DNA of 64,000 nt from Thermofilaceae archaeon (GTDB lineage Archaea > Thermoproteota > Thermoprotei > Thermofilales > Thermofilaceae), in NCBI GenBank assembly GCA_038727095.1, contig JAVYWK010000005.1:19340-83339 (forward strand). The letters are read 5' to 3'. Within the stretch, counting starts at the first letter, position 1; each line of letters starts with the position of its first letter. The notes under the pieces were generated by a model. The model did not search any database. It was not told the origin of the DNA and saw only the letters and a list, made by a program, of their open reading frames with translations. The translations under genes were made by a program, and so were the position numbers. This document shows, piece after piece, positions 38,449 to 48,278 of this stretch.

Positions 38449-39204
38449 TCACCAACCCCTCACTAGCCTAAGGAAAACTTCCTCCAGCGTTGCATCGCTC
38501 CCCGCTTCAGAGAGCCTCCTAACCTCCTCTAAGGTGCCCTCTGCGAGCAGCTTACCCCTGTTTATGATGCCGACCCTGGTAGCGAACTTCTCTACGGCGT
38601 GTAGCTGGTGGCTCGATATCAGCACTGCAGCCCCCTTCCTCGCGAACTCCTCCACGACCTTCCTGAACGTGTGCTGCGCCTCCGGATCCATGCCGGAGGT
38701 GGGCTCATCCATCACCAGCACGCTGGGCTCTGAGAGCAGGGCTGCAACTACGAGCACCTTTTGCACGGTCCCGCGCGAGAGCTTACCCATCCGCTTCCCA
38801 ACGTGCTCCTCCAGCTGGAAGAGCTGGATGTACCGTTGCACTCTCTCCTCGAACACCTCCCTCTCCACCTCCCTGAGCGAGGCTACTAGCGCGAAGAAGT
38901 CCCGCACTGTCAAGCTCTCGAAGACCACGGGGTTCTCGGGCACGTAACCCACGTGCTTCAAAGCCTCCTCCCGATTCAAGGTGACGTCTACGCCGCAGAC
39001 CTTAACCACCCCCCTGTCCGGCCTCAACAGGCCGACAACAATCTTGAGAAGAGTGGTTTTACCGGCACCGTTGGGCCCTAGAAGCCCGTATATCTCGCCC
39101 GCCCTGACTGCCAGCGATACCCCATCGAGCGCTCTCACGCGATGGTAGGTCTTCGATACGTCTACAACCTCGATGCAGCAGGCCACGCGGGGCGCAACCA
39201 CCAC
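38449..39204 (-). CDS. ABC-2 type exporter ATPase
   Basis: GPNGAGKT, LSRG signature variant, MDEPTSGMD, ISSH, LEEVFL. No adjacent permease. Confidence 0.93.
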   Translation of the reverse strand: MVVAPRVACCIEVVDVSKTYHRVRALDGVSLAVRAGEIYGLLGPNGAGKTTLLKIVVGLLRPDRGVVKVCGVDVTLNREEALKHVGYVPENPVVFESLTVRDFFALVASLREVEREVFEERVQRYIQLFQLEEHVGKRMGKLSRGTVQKVLVVAALLSEPSVLVMDEPTSGMDPEAQHTFRKVVEEFARKGAAVLISSHQLHAVEKFATRVGIINRGKLLAEGTLEEVRRLSEAGSDATLEEVFLRLVRGW

Positions 39205-39218
39205 ACTATATTATCTTT

Positions 39219-40400
39219 TCAATGTCCTATGAACGATCTAAACAGCAGTGCCGATGCTCTCTTTACGCCGCTTCCGCGATCCAGCTCGGATAAGTGCTGG
39301 TAGGCTCTGACCGCGTAGACGATCGCTGTGAGCGCTGAGTGGAACAGCGCTGCTGCGAGAGCGAAGAATGGCACTTGTAGGGCGCTGAAGGCTATGAAGT
39401 ACAGGAGGTACACGTTCCTCCTCCCGTCAACCTTGGCGAAAAGCCTGTCGAACTCCGCGTACCGCTTCAGCGGGACCCCTGCGACCAGCGTGAACTGGTT
39501 GTAGATGTGCCGCACGAAGCAGTCGACGACGAGCAGGGCTAAGCCCATCTGAAGCGCCGCAGCGCTCCAACCGTGCAGCGCTAAGCCGGCGGCGAAGGAC
39601 GCGTAGAGGGCCTGCTCGTACAGCGCGTCGAACGAGTGCTCAAGGTGCCCCAGCTTCGTTAGCACACCCCGAACCCTAGCGAGCTTGCCGTCAACGCCGT
39701 CGAGGACCCCGATCAGGTAGGAGAAGATGGAAGCCTCCAGGAACCTCCCCGAGAGGAAGAGCAGGATCGCCGGTATCGTTAGCAGGTTCACCAGCACGGT
39801 GACCCTGTTGGGTGTCACGTAGCGGCACCCTCCAACGAGGCGCACGATGAGGTTCTCCAGGGGGGCGTTGAGCGCAGAGGTGAAGTGGACGCCCTTCTGA
39901 GCCCAGCGGAGCAGCGCCCTTTCAGCCTCACGTGAAGCCGCGGGCACGCAGGCCGGTCTATGCCTCTTTTCAACCAGCTCATCCAGCTCTACGGGGGCGG
40001 CTTGGCTGCCCAGAGCGTTGAGGTCCGTTAAGCGCAGCGGGCTCTGCCCGTCCAACGTCACCCGTGCGATGACTACGCGCCCCCTGTGCGTTCCCGCGAT
40101 ATCGCGCCCAGCCTTTAAGATGCGCTGCACGGCGTCGGGCGATACGAGGTAGGAGGCGTCTATGAGCACGGCCGTGTGGGGCTCCGCGGGGGCCTCCTCG
40201 AGGCTTTCAACAGCTCTCACCGACGAGTCGCCGAGCTCTGAGAGGAGCTCCTTCACGCCTCTGCGGGCGCCGTGCTGGGGTACGACCAGTACCTCGCTGA
40301 CGCTCTCCTTCAGGAGGAGGATCCAGCGTAGGAGCGCGGGCGTACCGTAGTGCGATGAGAGCGCCTGGGGGTCGGCTAGGATGTAAGCTTTAACCTTCAC
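39219..40400 (-). CDS. CDP-alcohol phosphotransferase (DIPPS-like) with degenerate N-terminal nucleotidyltransferase-like domain
   Basis: VTPNRVT, LDGVDGKLARVRG...GHLEHSFD. N-terminal AYILAD...PALLRW..EVLVV lacks the GxGxR motif. Confidence 0.85.
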   Translation of the reverse strand: MKVKAYILADPQALSSHYGTPALLRWILLLKESVSEVLVVPQHGARRGVKELLSELGDSSVRAVESLEEAPAEPHTAVLIDASYLVSPDAVQRILKAGRDIAGTHRGRVVIARVTLDGQSPLRLTDLNALGSQAAPVELDELVEKRHRPACVPAASREAERALLRWAQKGVHFTSALNAPLENLIVRLVGGCRYVTPNRVTVLVNLLTIPAILLFLSGRFLEASIFSYLIGVLDGVDGKLARVRGVLTKLGHLEHSFDALYEQALYASFAAGLALHGWSAAALQMGLALLVVDCFVRHIYNQFTLVAGVPLKRYAEFDRLFAKVDGRRNVYLLYFIAFSALQVPFFALAAALFHSALTAIVYAVRAYQHLSELDRGSGVKRASALLFRSFIGH

Positions 40401-42249
40401 GCTCGATCACCGAGGCCGCCCGGCTGGCGAGGAGGGTGATGAAGCCCTTGAACGTCCTGCGCAGCTCCTTCACGAGGTTGTAGAAGAGGAGGAGGGCGAG
40501 GAGGAGCAGGGTTAGAGCGGCCGCCGTTGAAATGTAGCTGCCGAGGGTGGGGGCCTCGCGGAGCAGCTGCGGCACATAGATGAGCGCTAGCACAACGATT
40601 GAGAGGTAGAGGGCGTTCATGGCCAACCCCTTCGCGGAGCTCTCAGTTATGCCCAGCAGTGAGGATAGCTTCACCGCGTAGATGTCCACGAGCCCACGAA
40701 GCCCGGTGAGGATGCGGTAGCCGTAGTAGATGGTCACGACGAGCCCGGCGATCGAGAGCGCGTCCTCAGCGGTCAACACTGCGGCGCCGAGGTTCAGCTT
40801 AACCCCCCTCACAGCGGCCTGCGCCAGCCACAGTACCGCTAGGGCCGCGAACAGCTTCAAGCCGTTTATCACGATCAATTCCACGCAGCGCTCCGTGGGC
40901 CTCACACGCTTCTCAATCTGCGGGTGAGGCGCTACTCTGGTACCTGGCCTGGAGGTTGGCCGGAGTGAACCGGCGAGAGCCGCGAGGCCGGAGGCGAGCC
41001 AGAGGAGGAGGATTGGCTGGATCCAGCCGGTGGGCTGCGCGAAAACCAGCGCGAGCAGCAGTAGAGAGCGGTCTGCCAGAACCCACGCGAGGCTTCCGCC
41101 TGCGGCTAGGCGCCGGGAAGCTTCAGCTCCTGCTGCGCTGGCCAACCCTAGAAGCGCCAGAGGTAGGAGGGGGGCCGACAGCGCTTCCGGTAGCTGCAAG
41201 AGCACTGTGGACAGGAGCGAGGCGTCGTAGAAGATCGAGGCTGCGGTTGAGAGGGCGCTTAGCGCTGCTGTTCTACCTTGCAGCTCCACTAGGAGCTCGC
41301 GAGCATCGGATAGCAGGAGGGATGCGTAGGAGAAGGCCAGTAGTACGAGGAAGGCGGCGAGGTTGAAGGCGGCTAGGGCGACCGTGAGGGCTGCTAAGGT
41401 TAGCTCGGCTAGAGCCATCTTGACGACAGCCTCGCCTCTCGAGTGCGCGGGCTCCCCGAGGGCTAGGATGCGGCTCACCGGTCTGACAAGCAGCTTCGTC
41501 ACGGGCTCTGGGAGCGCCTTGTCGCGCTCCCTCAGGATGATCCGGGGGTAGAGCCTCCTGGCCTCGAGTAGGTCTTCCGGGGTATCAACGTCCTTCCACA
41601 GAAGGCCGGTCACATCGACGAAGTCCACGTCCCCGGCCTCGGCGGCTAGATTCAGAGCGTCGCCGATCGCTGCTTGAGGCCCCCTCCTCGCAACGGCTTC
41701 CTCGATGTATCCTACGGCTCTCTCCCTGACGATGATGAGGCCCGTGTCTATCCCGTACCTCGACTCCAGCCCTTTCCCCACGGCGACGATCCTCCCCTCC
41801 TCGATCCTGACTTTAAGCCCCTCTCTCGCCTCCAGTGCGGAGGGGGTCCTGTCCAGGCAGATTGTGAAAGCCTTGTCCGAGCTGTGAGCTAGGAGCCGCT
41901 CCAGCAGCTCGTACTCGAAGATGTGGTCGGACATCGCAATGAGGAAGGGCGGTTCCACGTGCTTCAGGGCGGTGTACACCGTGTAGAGGTTCCCGAACTC
42001 CTCCCTATCTACGGTGAGCACGCGAGCCCCAAGCTCGCGGCCCAGCTTCTCCGCGTGCTCCCTCCTCGTGACCACGTAGATCGGCCCCAGCCCGGCTTTG
42101 CGCAGCCTCTCGAGGATGAACCTGATCAGCGGGAGCCCGGGCTCGAGCTCCATCAAGGTCTTCGGTAGGTCTCGCGAGTAGGGGTGTAGCCTGCTGGCTA
42201 CGCCAGCTGCAACGATGACAGCGGGCATTGACTGCAAGACAGCCCCCAC
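40390..42249 (-). CDS. Sugar-phosphate cytidylyltransferase (IPCT-like) fused to membrane domains
   Basis: AVIVAAGVASRL...PKTL, GNLYT, MSDHIF, IDTGL, WKDVDTPEDL, followed by about 10 TM segments. Confidence 0.88.
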   Translation of the reverse strand: MGAVLQSMPAVIVAAGVASRLHPYSRDLPKTLMELEPGLPLIRFILERLRKAGLGPIYVVTRREHAEKLGRELGARVLTVDREEFGNLYTVYTALKHVEPPFLIAMSDHIFEYELLERLLAHSSDKAFTICLDRTPSALEAREGLKVRIEEGRIVAVGKGLESRYGIDTGLIIVRERAVGYIEEAVARRGPQAAIGDALNLAAEAGDVDFVDVTGLLWKDVDTPEDLLEARRLYPRIILRERDKALPEPVTKLLVRPVSRILALGEPAHSRGEAVVKMALAELTLAALTVALAAFNLAAFLVLLAFSYASLLLSDARELLVELQGRTAALSALSTAASIFYDASLLSTVLLQLPEALSAPLLPLALLGLASAAGAEASRRLAAGGSLAWVLADRSLLLLALVFAQPTGWIQPILLLWLASGLAALAGSLRPTSRPGTRVAPHPQIEKRVRPTERCVELIVINGLKLFAALAVLWLAQAAVRGVKLNLGAAVLTAEDALSIAGLVVTIYYGYRILTGLRGLVDIYAVKLSSLLGITESSAKGLAMNALYLSIVVLALIYVPQLLREAPTLGSYISTAAALTLLLLALLLFYNLVKELRRTFKGFITLLASRAASVIEREG

Positions 42250-42412
42250 TCCTACGCGTGGACCGCATATAAATGCTCAATTCAGTCTCGATTCAGTACT
42301 AATTCCCCCACAACGGACCTAATTTAAGTGAATTTAAGTGAAGGAAATGCAACTCTCCATCCGACTCTCATAAGTATTTTTAAGTTCAGGAGCAGTAAGA
42401 GCGTGAGGCGGC

Positions 42413-43851
42413 TTGCGCAGCCTGCTCAAGGAGAGGATCAGAGCCGCCGTTGACCTCGTCGGAGACGCCCTGCGGAGAGAGATCAGCGATAGGCGCGGTT
42501 TCATCGAGAGTTTGAGGCGGGAGTACGAATCGAAGGCTTTGAAACCCCTCTGGTGCTTCTCGGACGACCCGTACGACGAGGAGCTAGCGTTCATCTATGC
42601 TGTGGGAAAGCAGGTTGCCGCGGAAGAAGTCTCAGAGCTCAGGGAGGTCTTCGCCCTCGAGGTAGGGGCTGACGCCGTTATATCTGCGATCCTCTCCGGC
42701 GGGATGCGAGGGATGCTCTGGGGGAGTGTATGGGTGCAAGCGGTGCTCGCGAAGTTCTCGCTGTATCCAGGCTGGCAGCATCCTACGATTTGATCGAGCA
42801 GGGGGGAGAGATCCTGCCCCAAGTATTGAGAAGCTTAAGCGCGTCCATCCCCGAGCTCGACGATCTCCTGCTCAGGTTTAAGCGCTACTACGCGTCGATA
42901 TGGCTGGCAGCGATGTACGCTTTAGGGAGCGCTGACGAGAAAAACCTGGAAGCTCTTGCTGAATCGCTTGCGCTGAGGTTGGGTGACGTGAGGGCAAAAG
43001 CCATCGGAGTAATCGCGAGCAGGATCGCCACCGAGATCTTTGGGGTGAAGAAGGTCCCCGCAACCCCGTCGACTGGAGTGTTGGACGAGGTGCTTTCGCA
43101 GCTCGATAAAGGGGTGGCGGAGGCGTGGAGGTCCGTGTACAGCCAGCTCGTAACGCGCCTCACCGAGGCGGGGAGACCCGACGCCGAGCGACTGGCCGAA
43201 GTGCTGGTACGTGAGGCCATCAACAGGGGTGTGGATCCGGCTTCGATCGATGCGGCGTCCGTCGACCCTCAGAACCCTCTCGAGGCTTGGAGAAGGTACC
43301 TTAACCTCGACTGGAGGCTTAGCTACGCCTACCTTAACATTCGGAGCGAGTATGAAGTCAGGCTCGAGAGAGCACACGACTTCACGGTGCTTGGTAGGTT
43401 GCACCTGGTTGCGCTACGCTCGATCCACCGGGAGAAGCTGAGCGAGATGGTGTACCAATGGCTGATCGGTAGCGGCACGAAGCCCAAGGGTGTGAGCGAC
43501 GATTACCTACGAGCCGAGATCGACCAGCTCGCTGAGGGCATCGTGCGCCACGCGCGCTCGCTAACGGTAAGGCAGGCGCACCTCACCCTGGCCTCGAAAA
43601 GGGTGGAGGTGTCGGGTGTCCCAGTCGAGCTCAGCCTCCACGCGAAGCGGCACAGACTCTACCTGCAGTTGAAAGTCACGAACCGAACGAAGATCGTTGT
43701 GCGGGTCGATAGCCGGAGCGTCGAGAGGACTCTCGACCGGCTGAGGAACGCGTTGAGGAACGCCCTGCCACCGAGGGTGAGAGGGATAGCTGAACCCTTG
43801 GAGAGGGAGATCGGCGAGTTCTTGAGGACCAACCTTTGGGGTGGGCATTAA
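42413..43851 (+). pseudogene. DUF2192-like protein with extended C-terminus, frameshifted near 42700
   Basis: ERIRAAVDL...LRREYE...PYDEELAFIYAVGK resembles DUF2192. The two track ORFs join into one if a single G is added in GGCGGG (42698-42703). Confidence 0.6.
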
Positions 43852-43900
43852 ACAGCTGTAGCGCGATAAGCGTTTAAAGCGTGGTGCTGCGCGGGCAGCC

Positions 43901-45190
43901 GTGCGCTCGCGAGTTGCCAAGCTCGCCTTCCCACTGACGCTCGGCGTGCTGGCAGACTCCCTGCTCAGTCTCGCGGGCCTAGCGGTGGTCTCCCGCATCT
44001 CAACAGAGGCTGTAGCAGCCGTGGGCTTGTCCTCCTACCTGTTCTTCGTAATAAACGCGGTTCTAGCGATCTTCATGGGGGGCGTGATGGTGGTCGCATC
44101 GCAGGCGTTGGGGGGCGAGCGCGTAGACGTGGCTTCCGAAGCGACGGGGGAGGCGCTGGGCGCTGCAGTCGTCTTCTCCGCCCTCCTGGCTTCCACGGCC
44201 CCCTTCTGGCTGAACAGGTACCTTCTCCTCGTCTCGGGGGGTAACGAGGTTGTAGCAGCGTGGGGGTACGAGTACGCGCTGATGAGGATGCTCTCCCTCC
44301 CCGCGCTCGCGCTAAACGCCGTCGTCTCCTCGCTCTACCGGAGCGCTAGGATGCCCTGGCCGACAGCTCTCTACTCCATCATCTCGTCGGCCGTGGGTGC
44401 CGTTCTGCTGCCCGCCTTCACCTTCCAATTAAACATGGGTTTGGCTGGGGCAGGCTTAGCAACGGCGATTTCGAGTTACGCCGGCTTCTCAGCTTACGCT
44501 TTCGCTCGACTACCGCTCCCCCTACGCCTAAAGCTCCCGCGTAGAAGCGGCGTCAAGGTCCTCCTGCTAGGCCTCCCCTCCGCCGCGGAGAGGATCGTTG
44601 CGAGCGTGGCGCAGAACGTCTACTTGAATGCGGTGGCTAGAGGGGGGACGGCTGCTCTGGCCGCCCATAATATCGGGATTACCGTGGAGAGCCTCGTGTT
44701 CCAACCATCCTTCGCGCTCAGCATGGCAGCGCTCGTTGAAGCCGGCAGAAGCGTGGGGGCGAGCGACTCCGAGTCCACGTCAACGATCGTCGCGGAGAGC
44801 GTTAAGGTGAGCGCGGTTTGGATGGGTTTAGCTGCAGCCGCTCTAGCGCTAGCGTCGCCCTTCGTAGGCCGGGTTTTCACGAGCGATGAGAGTGTAGCGC
44901 AGCTCGTTATGGCGTACCTGCTGCTCGCTGCAGCCAGCGAAGTGGGGCTTGGCGTGAGCCAAGCGCTCTTCGGCGCTATTCGAGGGATGGGGAGCGTCTG
45001 GCTGCCCTTCGCGATCAGCAGCTTCACAGTCGTCTTTCTCAGGGCTCTGCCGGCTCAGCTGCTCTCGCTCCGCTACGGTGCTATCGGAGCATGGGTCACC
45101 CAGAACACAGACATGTACGGCCGAGCCCTCCTCGCTTACCTGGCGTGGAAGCTGCTGGGGGAGAAGAGGTTGGCGAGGAAAGTCGTGTAG
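43901..45190 (+). CDS. MATE family efflux transporter
   Basis: KLAFP, AVAAVG, MGLAGAGLAT, LLLGLPS, ALAAH, YGAIGAW. Confidence 0.93.
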   Translation: MRSRVAKLAFPLTLGVLADSLLSLAGLAVVSRISTEAVAAVGLSSYLFFVINAVLAIFMGGVMVVASQALGGERVDVASEATGEALGAAVVFSALLASTAPFWLNRYLLLVSGGNEVVAAWGYEYALMRMLSLPALALNAVVSSLYRSARMPWPTALYSIISSAVGAVLLPAFTFQLNMGLAGAGLATAISSYAGFSAYAFARLPLPLRLKLPRRSGVKVLLLGLPSAAERIVASVAQNVYLNAVARGGTAALAAHNIGITVESLVFQPSFALSMAALVEAGRSVGASDSESTSTIVAESVKVSAVWMGLAAAALALASPFVGRVFTSDESVAQLVMAYLLLAAASEVGLGVSQALFGAIRGMGSVWLPFAISSFTVVFLRALPAQLLSLRYGAIGAWVTQNTDMYGRALLAYLAWKLLGEKRLARKVV

Positions 45191-45227
45191 GGAGCAGGTT
45201 TTTAGCTAGAGAGGGTTAGAGCGACTC

Positions 45228-46148
45228 GTGGGGCTGGTTAGACTCGACGCGAGCAGGGTCTTCTACAGGTTCGACCCCGACATCCCGCCCGCTGCTCGTG
45301 CTAGGCCGGGAGACTTGGTAGAGTTCGAGTGCCTGGACGCGCTAGGAGGCCAGATCGTGAGCGAGGAGCAAACGGTGGCAAGCATCGACTGGAACCGTGT
45401 GAACCCTGCGACGGGCCCTCTATACGTGGAGGGCACCACACCGGGGGACGCGTTGGCCGTCAAGATCCTGAGCATCGAGCTGGGCGGGAAGGGGGTTGTC
45501 GTGACGGCACCCGGCGAAGGGGCCCTCCCCCACTTGACTAGGGAGGCCAGGACGAGGATCTGCAGGGTCTACGAAGACAGGGTAGAATTCTTGGGCCTAA
45601 CCCTCAAGGCGAGGAAGATGATCGGTGTGATAGGCACTGCCTCCAGCGAGAGAGCACCGACGGGTGTGCCGGGGAGGCACGGCGGAAACCTGGATACCCG
45701 CCTGATCGGTGAGGGCTCGACGGTCTACCTGCCCGTGGAGTACGAGGGAGGGTTGCTTGGCATCGGCGACCTTCACGCCGTGATGGGCGACGGTGAAGTT
45801 TGCGTGGCGGCCTGCGAAGTCAGCGGCAAGGTTCTAGCTAGAATCGGTGTTCTGCGCGGGCTAGCCCCGAAGTGGCCCATGGTTGAAACTCGGGATGCCA
45901 CCTACCTGATAATCTCGGCGGAGGGCTTGGAGAACGCTCTCAAGCTGGCGGTCGAGGAGGCCGTGGGCGCGCTCTCAAGGGCTTTGAACTTGGACTGGTA
46001 CGACGCGTACATGCTCGCGAGCATGGCGCTCGACTTCGAGATCAGCCAGGTCGTGGATCCGCGCAAGACAGTGAGGGTCAGAGTCCCGAAGGAGGTGGTA
46101 CCCGCGACGAGGCTCCTCGAAAGCTTCGCGCGTTCCAGCGGGCACTAG
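45228..46148 (+). CDS. Acetamidase/formamidase family protein
   Basis: NPATGPLYVEG..PGD, HGGNLD, GDLHAVMGDGEV. Confidence 0.95.
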   Translation: MGLVRLDASRVFYRFDPDIPPAARARPGDLVEFECLDALGGQIVSEEQTVASIDWNRVNPATGPLYVEGTTPGDALAVKILSIELGGKGVVVTAPGEGALPHLTREARTRICRVYEDRVEFLGLTLKARKMIGVIGTASSERAPTGVPGRHGGNLDTRLIGEGSTVYLPVEYEGGLLGIGDLHAVMGDGEVCVAACEVSGKVLARIGVLRGLAPKWPMVETRDATYLIISAEGLENALKLAVEEAVGALSRALNLDWYDAYMLASMALDFEISQVVDPRKTVRVRVPKEVVPATRLLESFARSSGH

Positions 46149-46573
46149 AGGATCTCCACGATCCTGACTCCGAAACCCTCCAGCCTCTTTTTGAGCTCTT
46201 CATCAAAGCTCGCCAGCTTGCACCCCAGCTTTTGGGCGAGCGCGACGTAAAGAGCGTCGTAAACTGTGATCGAGAAGTCGGAGGCGATGCGTACGGCGCT
46301 CTCGAGCAAGTCGAGGGACGCGTATAGCCGCGCTGAGCCGTACACCAGCGGTTTCAAGTATCGGGCTAGAGCCTCGTACCTGTCTAAAGGGATTCGCCTG
46401 AGGAGGCAGGTATGCCGCCATAGCGCGTTCGCAGCCTCCAGGACCGCCAAATCGAGGGTTGCGAGGCGCCCCGCGTACTCCCGAACGAAATTTACCGCTC
46501 TCTCGTAGAACTCGTCCTTAACCAGAATGCTAGCGTAAACACTGGCGTCGACAACGTAGAGAGTCTCGCTCAA
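46145..46573 (-). CDS. vapC: PIN-domain toxin
   Basis: VVDASV, EAANALW, VYDALYVALA, LASFD. Confidence 0.93.
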   Translation of the reverse strand: MSETLYVVDASVYASILVKDEFYERAVNFVREYAGRLATLDLAVLEAANALWRHTCLLRRIPLDRYEALARYLKPLVYGSARLYASLDLLESAVRIASDFSITVYDALYVALAQKLGCKLASFDEELKKRLEGFGVRIVEIL

Positions 46574-46797
46574 GCCTCCTCCCTCAACGCCCTGACGCTC
46601 CTCCAGGCTGGTTCACCGGCTGGCGAAGCCCCCTCCAGGGCCTCCTCGATGGCTTTGAGCGCTCTATTAAGCTCCAGCTCCGCCAGCCGACGCTCGAGGA
46701 AGCTCTCGATCTCCCTCCTCCAGTCGACCTCCTTGAATTCTCTCATCCTCCTCTTGATATCGCTCCTCACCCTCACGCTGAGAACCTCGCTGGTCAC
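46570..46797 (-). CDS. vapB: RHH-type antitoxin
   Basis: VLSVRVRSDIKRRM...VDWRREIESF, C-terminal VRALREE, overlaps vapC. Confidence 0.9.
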   Translation of the reverse strand: MTSEVLSVRVRSDIKRRMREFKEVDWRREIESFLERRLAELELNRALKAIEEALEGASPAGEPAWRSVRALREEA

Positions 46798-46826
46798 GCT
46801 CTACCGGATGAAAGCCGTATATAAAT

Positions 46827-46869
46827 ATTGTATGCAATTCTCAGCGATCAATGTATACATTGCATGAAT
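46827..46869. promoter_or_regulatory. Palindromic operator array upstream of vapB
   Basis: Perfect palindrome CAATGTATACATTG (46849-46862), near-palindrome ATTGTATGCAAT (46827-46838), next to the TTTATATA box on the minus strand. Confidence 0.55.
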
Positions 46870-46916
46870 ACAGCGGGCACAGCTAAGCTTTTTGCACCCC
46901 TCTATGCTTTGCTGCC

Positions 46917-48272
46917 GTGACCGATTGGAGCCGGTTGGAGTCGTTCATCGTCGAGAAGATGTCTAAGACGAGGATCCCCGGCCTCAGCATCGCCCTCTTC
47001 AAGGGAAGCGCTATCGCCTACGCGCGGGGTTTCGGGTTCAGGGACGTGGAGAGCGGCTTGCCGGCGACGCCTGGGACGTTGTACGGGGTCGGCTCGATCA
47101 CGAAGTCCTTCACCGCGCTCGCCATCATGATGCTGGTTGAGGAGGGTAAGCTCTCGCTGGACGACCCGGTGTCCAAGTACTTGCCCCTCGACCTCAGAGT
47201 GAAAGGGAAGCCCGTAACCGTCCACCATCTACTGACGCACACGAGCGAGCTTCCAGCTCTAGCTTACGCGGAAGGCTTGATCAGGGGAACCCTCAATCTC
47301 GACGCGACGTGGACACCGGTCGCATTAGCGGAGGACGTTGTGAGCTACATGACGAGCTGCAGCGAGTGGGCGGTGGCTGAGCCTGGCCAGCGCTTCTTCT
47401 ACCTCAACGAGGGGTACGTTCTGCTCGGCCTGCTGGTCTCGAGGGTCAGTGGGCAGGCGTACGAGGAGTTCATCAGGAAGAGAGTACTCGAGCCGCTGGG
47501 TATGTCGCGGAGCTACTTCCGCGAAGCTGAGGTGGCGCGCGACCCTGATGTAGCGGAAGCCTATGTGGTGGACCGGGAAGGGCGGCACGTGAAGCTGAGG
47601 TTCCCCTACGGCCCTACAGCCGACGGGGGTCTGCTGAGCAACTGCCTCGACATGGCGAGGTACGCCGCGATGCTGGCCAACAGGGGCGAGCTCGATGGAG
47701 TGCGAATCGTTCCGCGCGAAACTATCGAAAAGATGGAGGAGGGTTACGCGAGCTTCCCTGGGATCTTCGGCGACGAATCCTACGGCTACGGACTGATAAA
47801 AACGGATAAGTTCTGGGGCAGGAAGCTAGTCTACCACGGCGGGTCTGTGCTCGTTCACACAGCTTTCATGGGCTACGCGCCCGGTGAGCGGGCGGGTGTC
47901 ATCGTACTGGCGAACGCCTCAGGTTACCCCCTGTCGATTATCGGCTCGTACGCCCTCTCCCTCCTGCTCGGCGAAGAGCCGGAGAAGCTGCCCTTCGTTA
48001 GGAGGGATAGGATCCTCAGCAAGCTTGAGGGTACGTACGAGTCCTTCAGGGGATCCTACAGGCTGAACGTTAGGAGAGCTGGTGACTTCCTGATCCTCGA
48101 GTACCGGGACAGGCTGACGGAGGTCGTTACGCCGCTTGCTCCAATCGAGGTTAGGGACGATTACGCCCGCTTCTTCACCGAGAGTTACGGGAGGAGGGTG
48201 GAGGCCGAGTTCTTCGTTGACGGGGAGAAGGTTGTGATGATTTACGAGCGGTATAAGATGGTGAAGAAGTAG
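46917..48272 (+). CDS. Serine hydrolase, beta-lactamase/Pab87-like peptidase
   Basis: GSITK (SxxK), LLTHTS, FYLN (YxN), YHGG, C-terminal Pab87-like domain. Confidence 0.93.
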   Translation: MTDWSRLESFIVEKMSKTRIPGLSIALFKGSAIAYARGFGFRDVESGLPATPGTLYGVGSITKSFTALAIMMLVEEGKLSLDDPVSKYLPLDLRVKGKPVTVHHLLTHTSELPALAYAEGLIRGTLNLDATWTPVALAEDVVSYMTSCSEWAVAEPGQRFFYLNEGYVLLGLLVSRVSGQAYEEFIRKRVLEPLGMSRSYFREAEVARDPDVAEAYVVDREGRHVKLRFPYGPTADGGLLSNCLDMARYAAMLANRGELDGVRIVPRETIEKMEEGYASFPGIFGDESYGYGLIKTDKFWGRKLVYHGGSVLVHTAFMGYAPGERAGVIVLANASGYPLSIIGSYALSLLLGEEPEKLPFVRRDRILSKLEGTYESFRGSYRLNVRRAGDFLILEYRDRLTEVVTPLAPIEVRDDYARFFTESYGRRVEAEFFVDGEKVVMIYERYKMVKK

Positions 48273-48278
48273 CGGGGT

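Noticed and set aside
38449-39204. Orphan ABC ATPase as a partner of the CARF-like-PIN gene
   Set aside because: Ordinary ABC-2 exporter ATPase; the permease is probably encoded elsewhere and only adjacency links them
42321-42342. Tandem AATTTAAGTG x2
   Set aside because: Two copies only; not a CRISPR or iteron array
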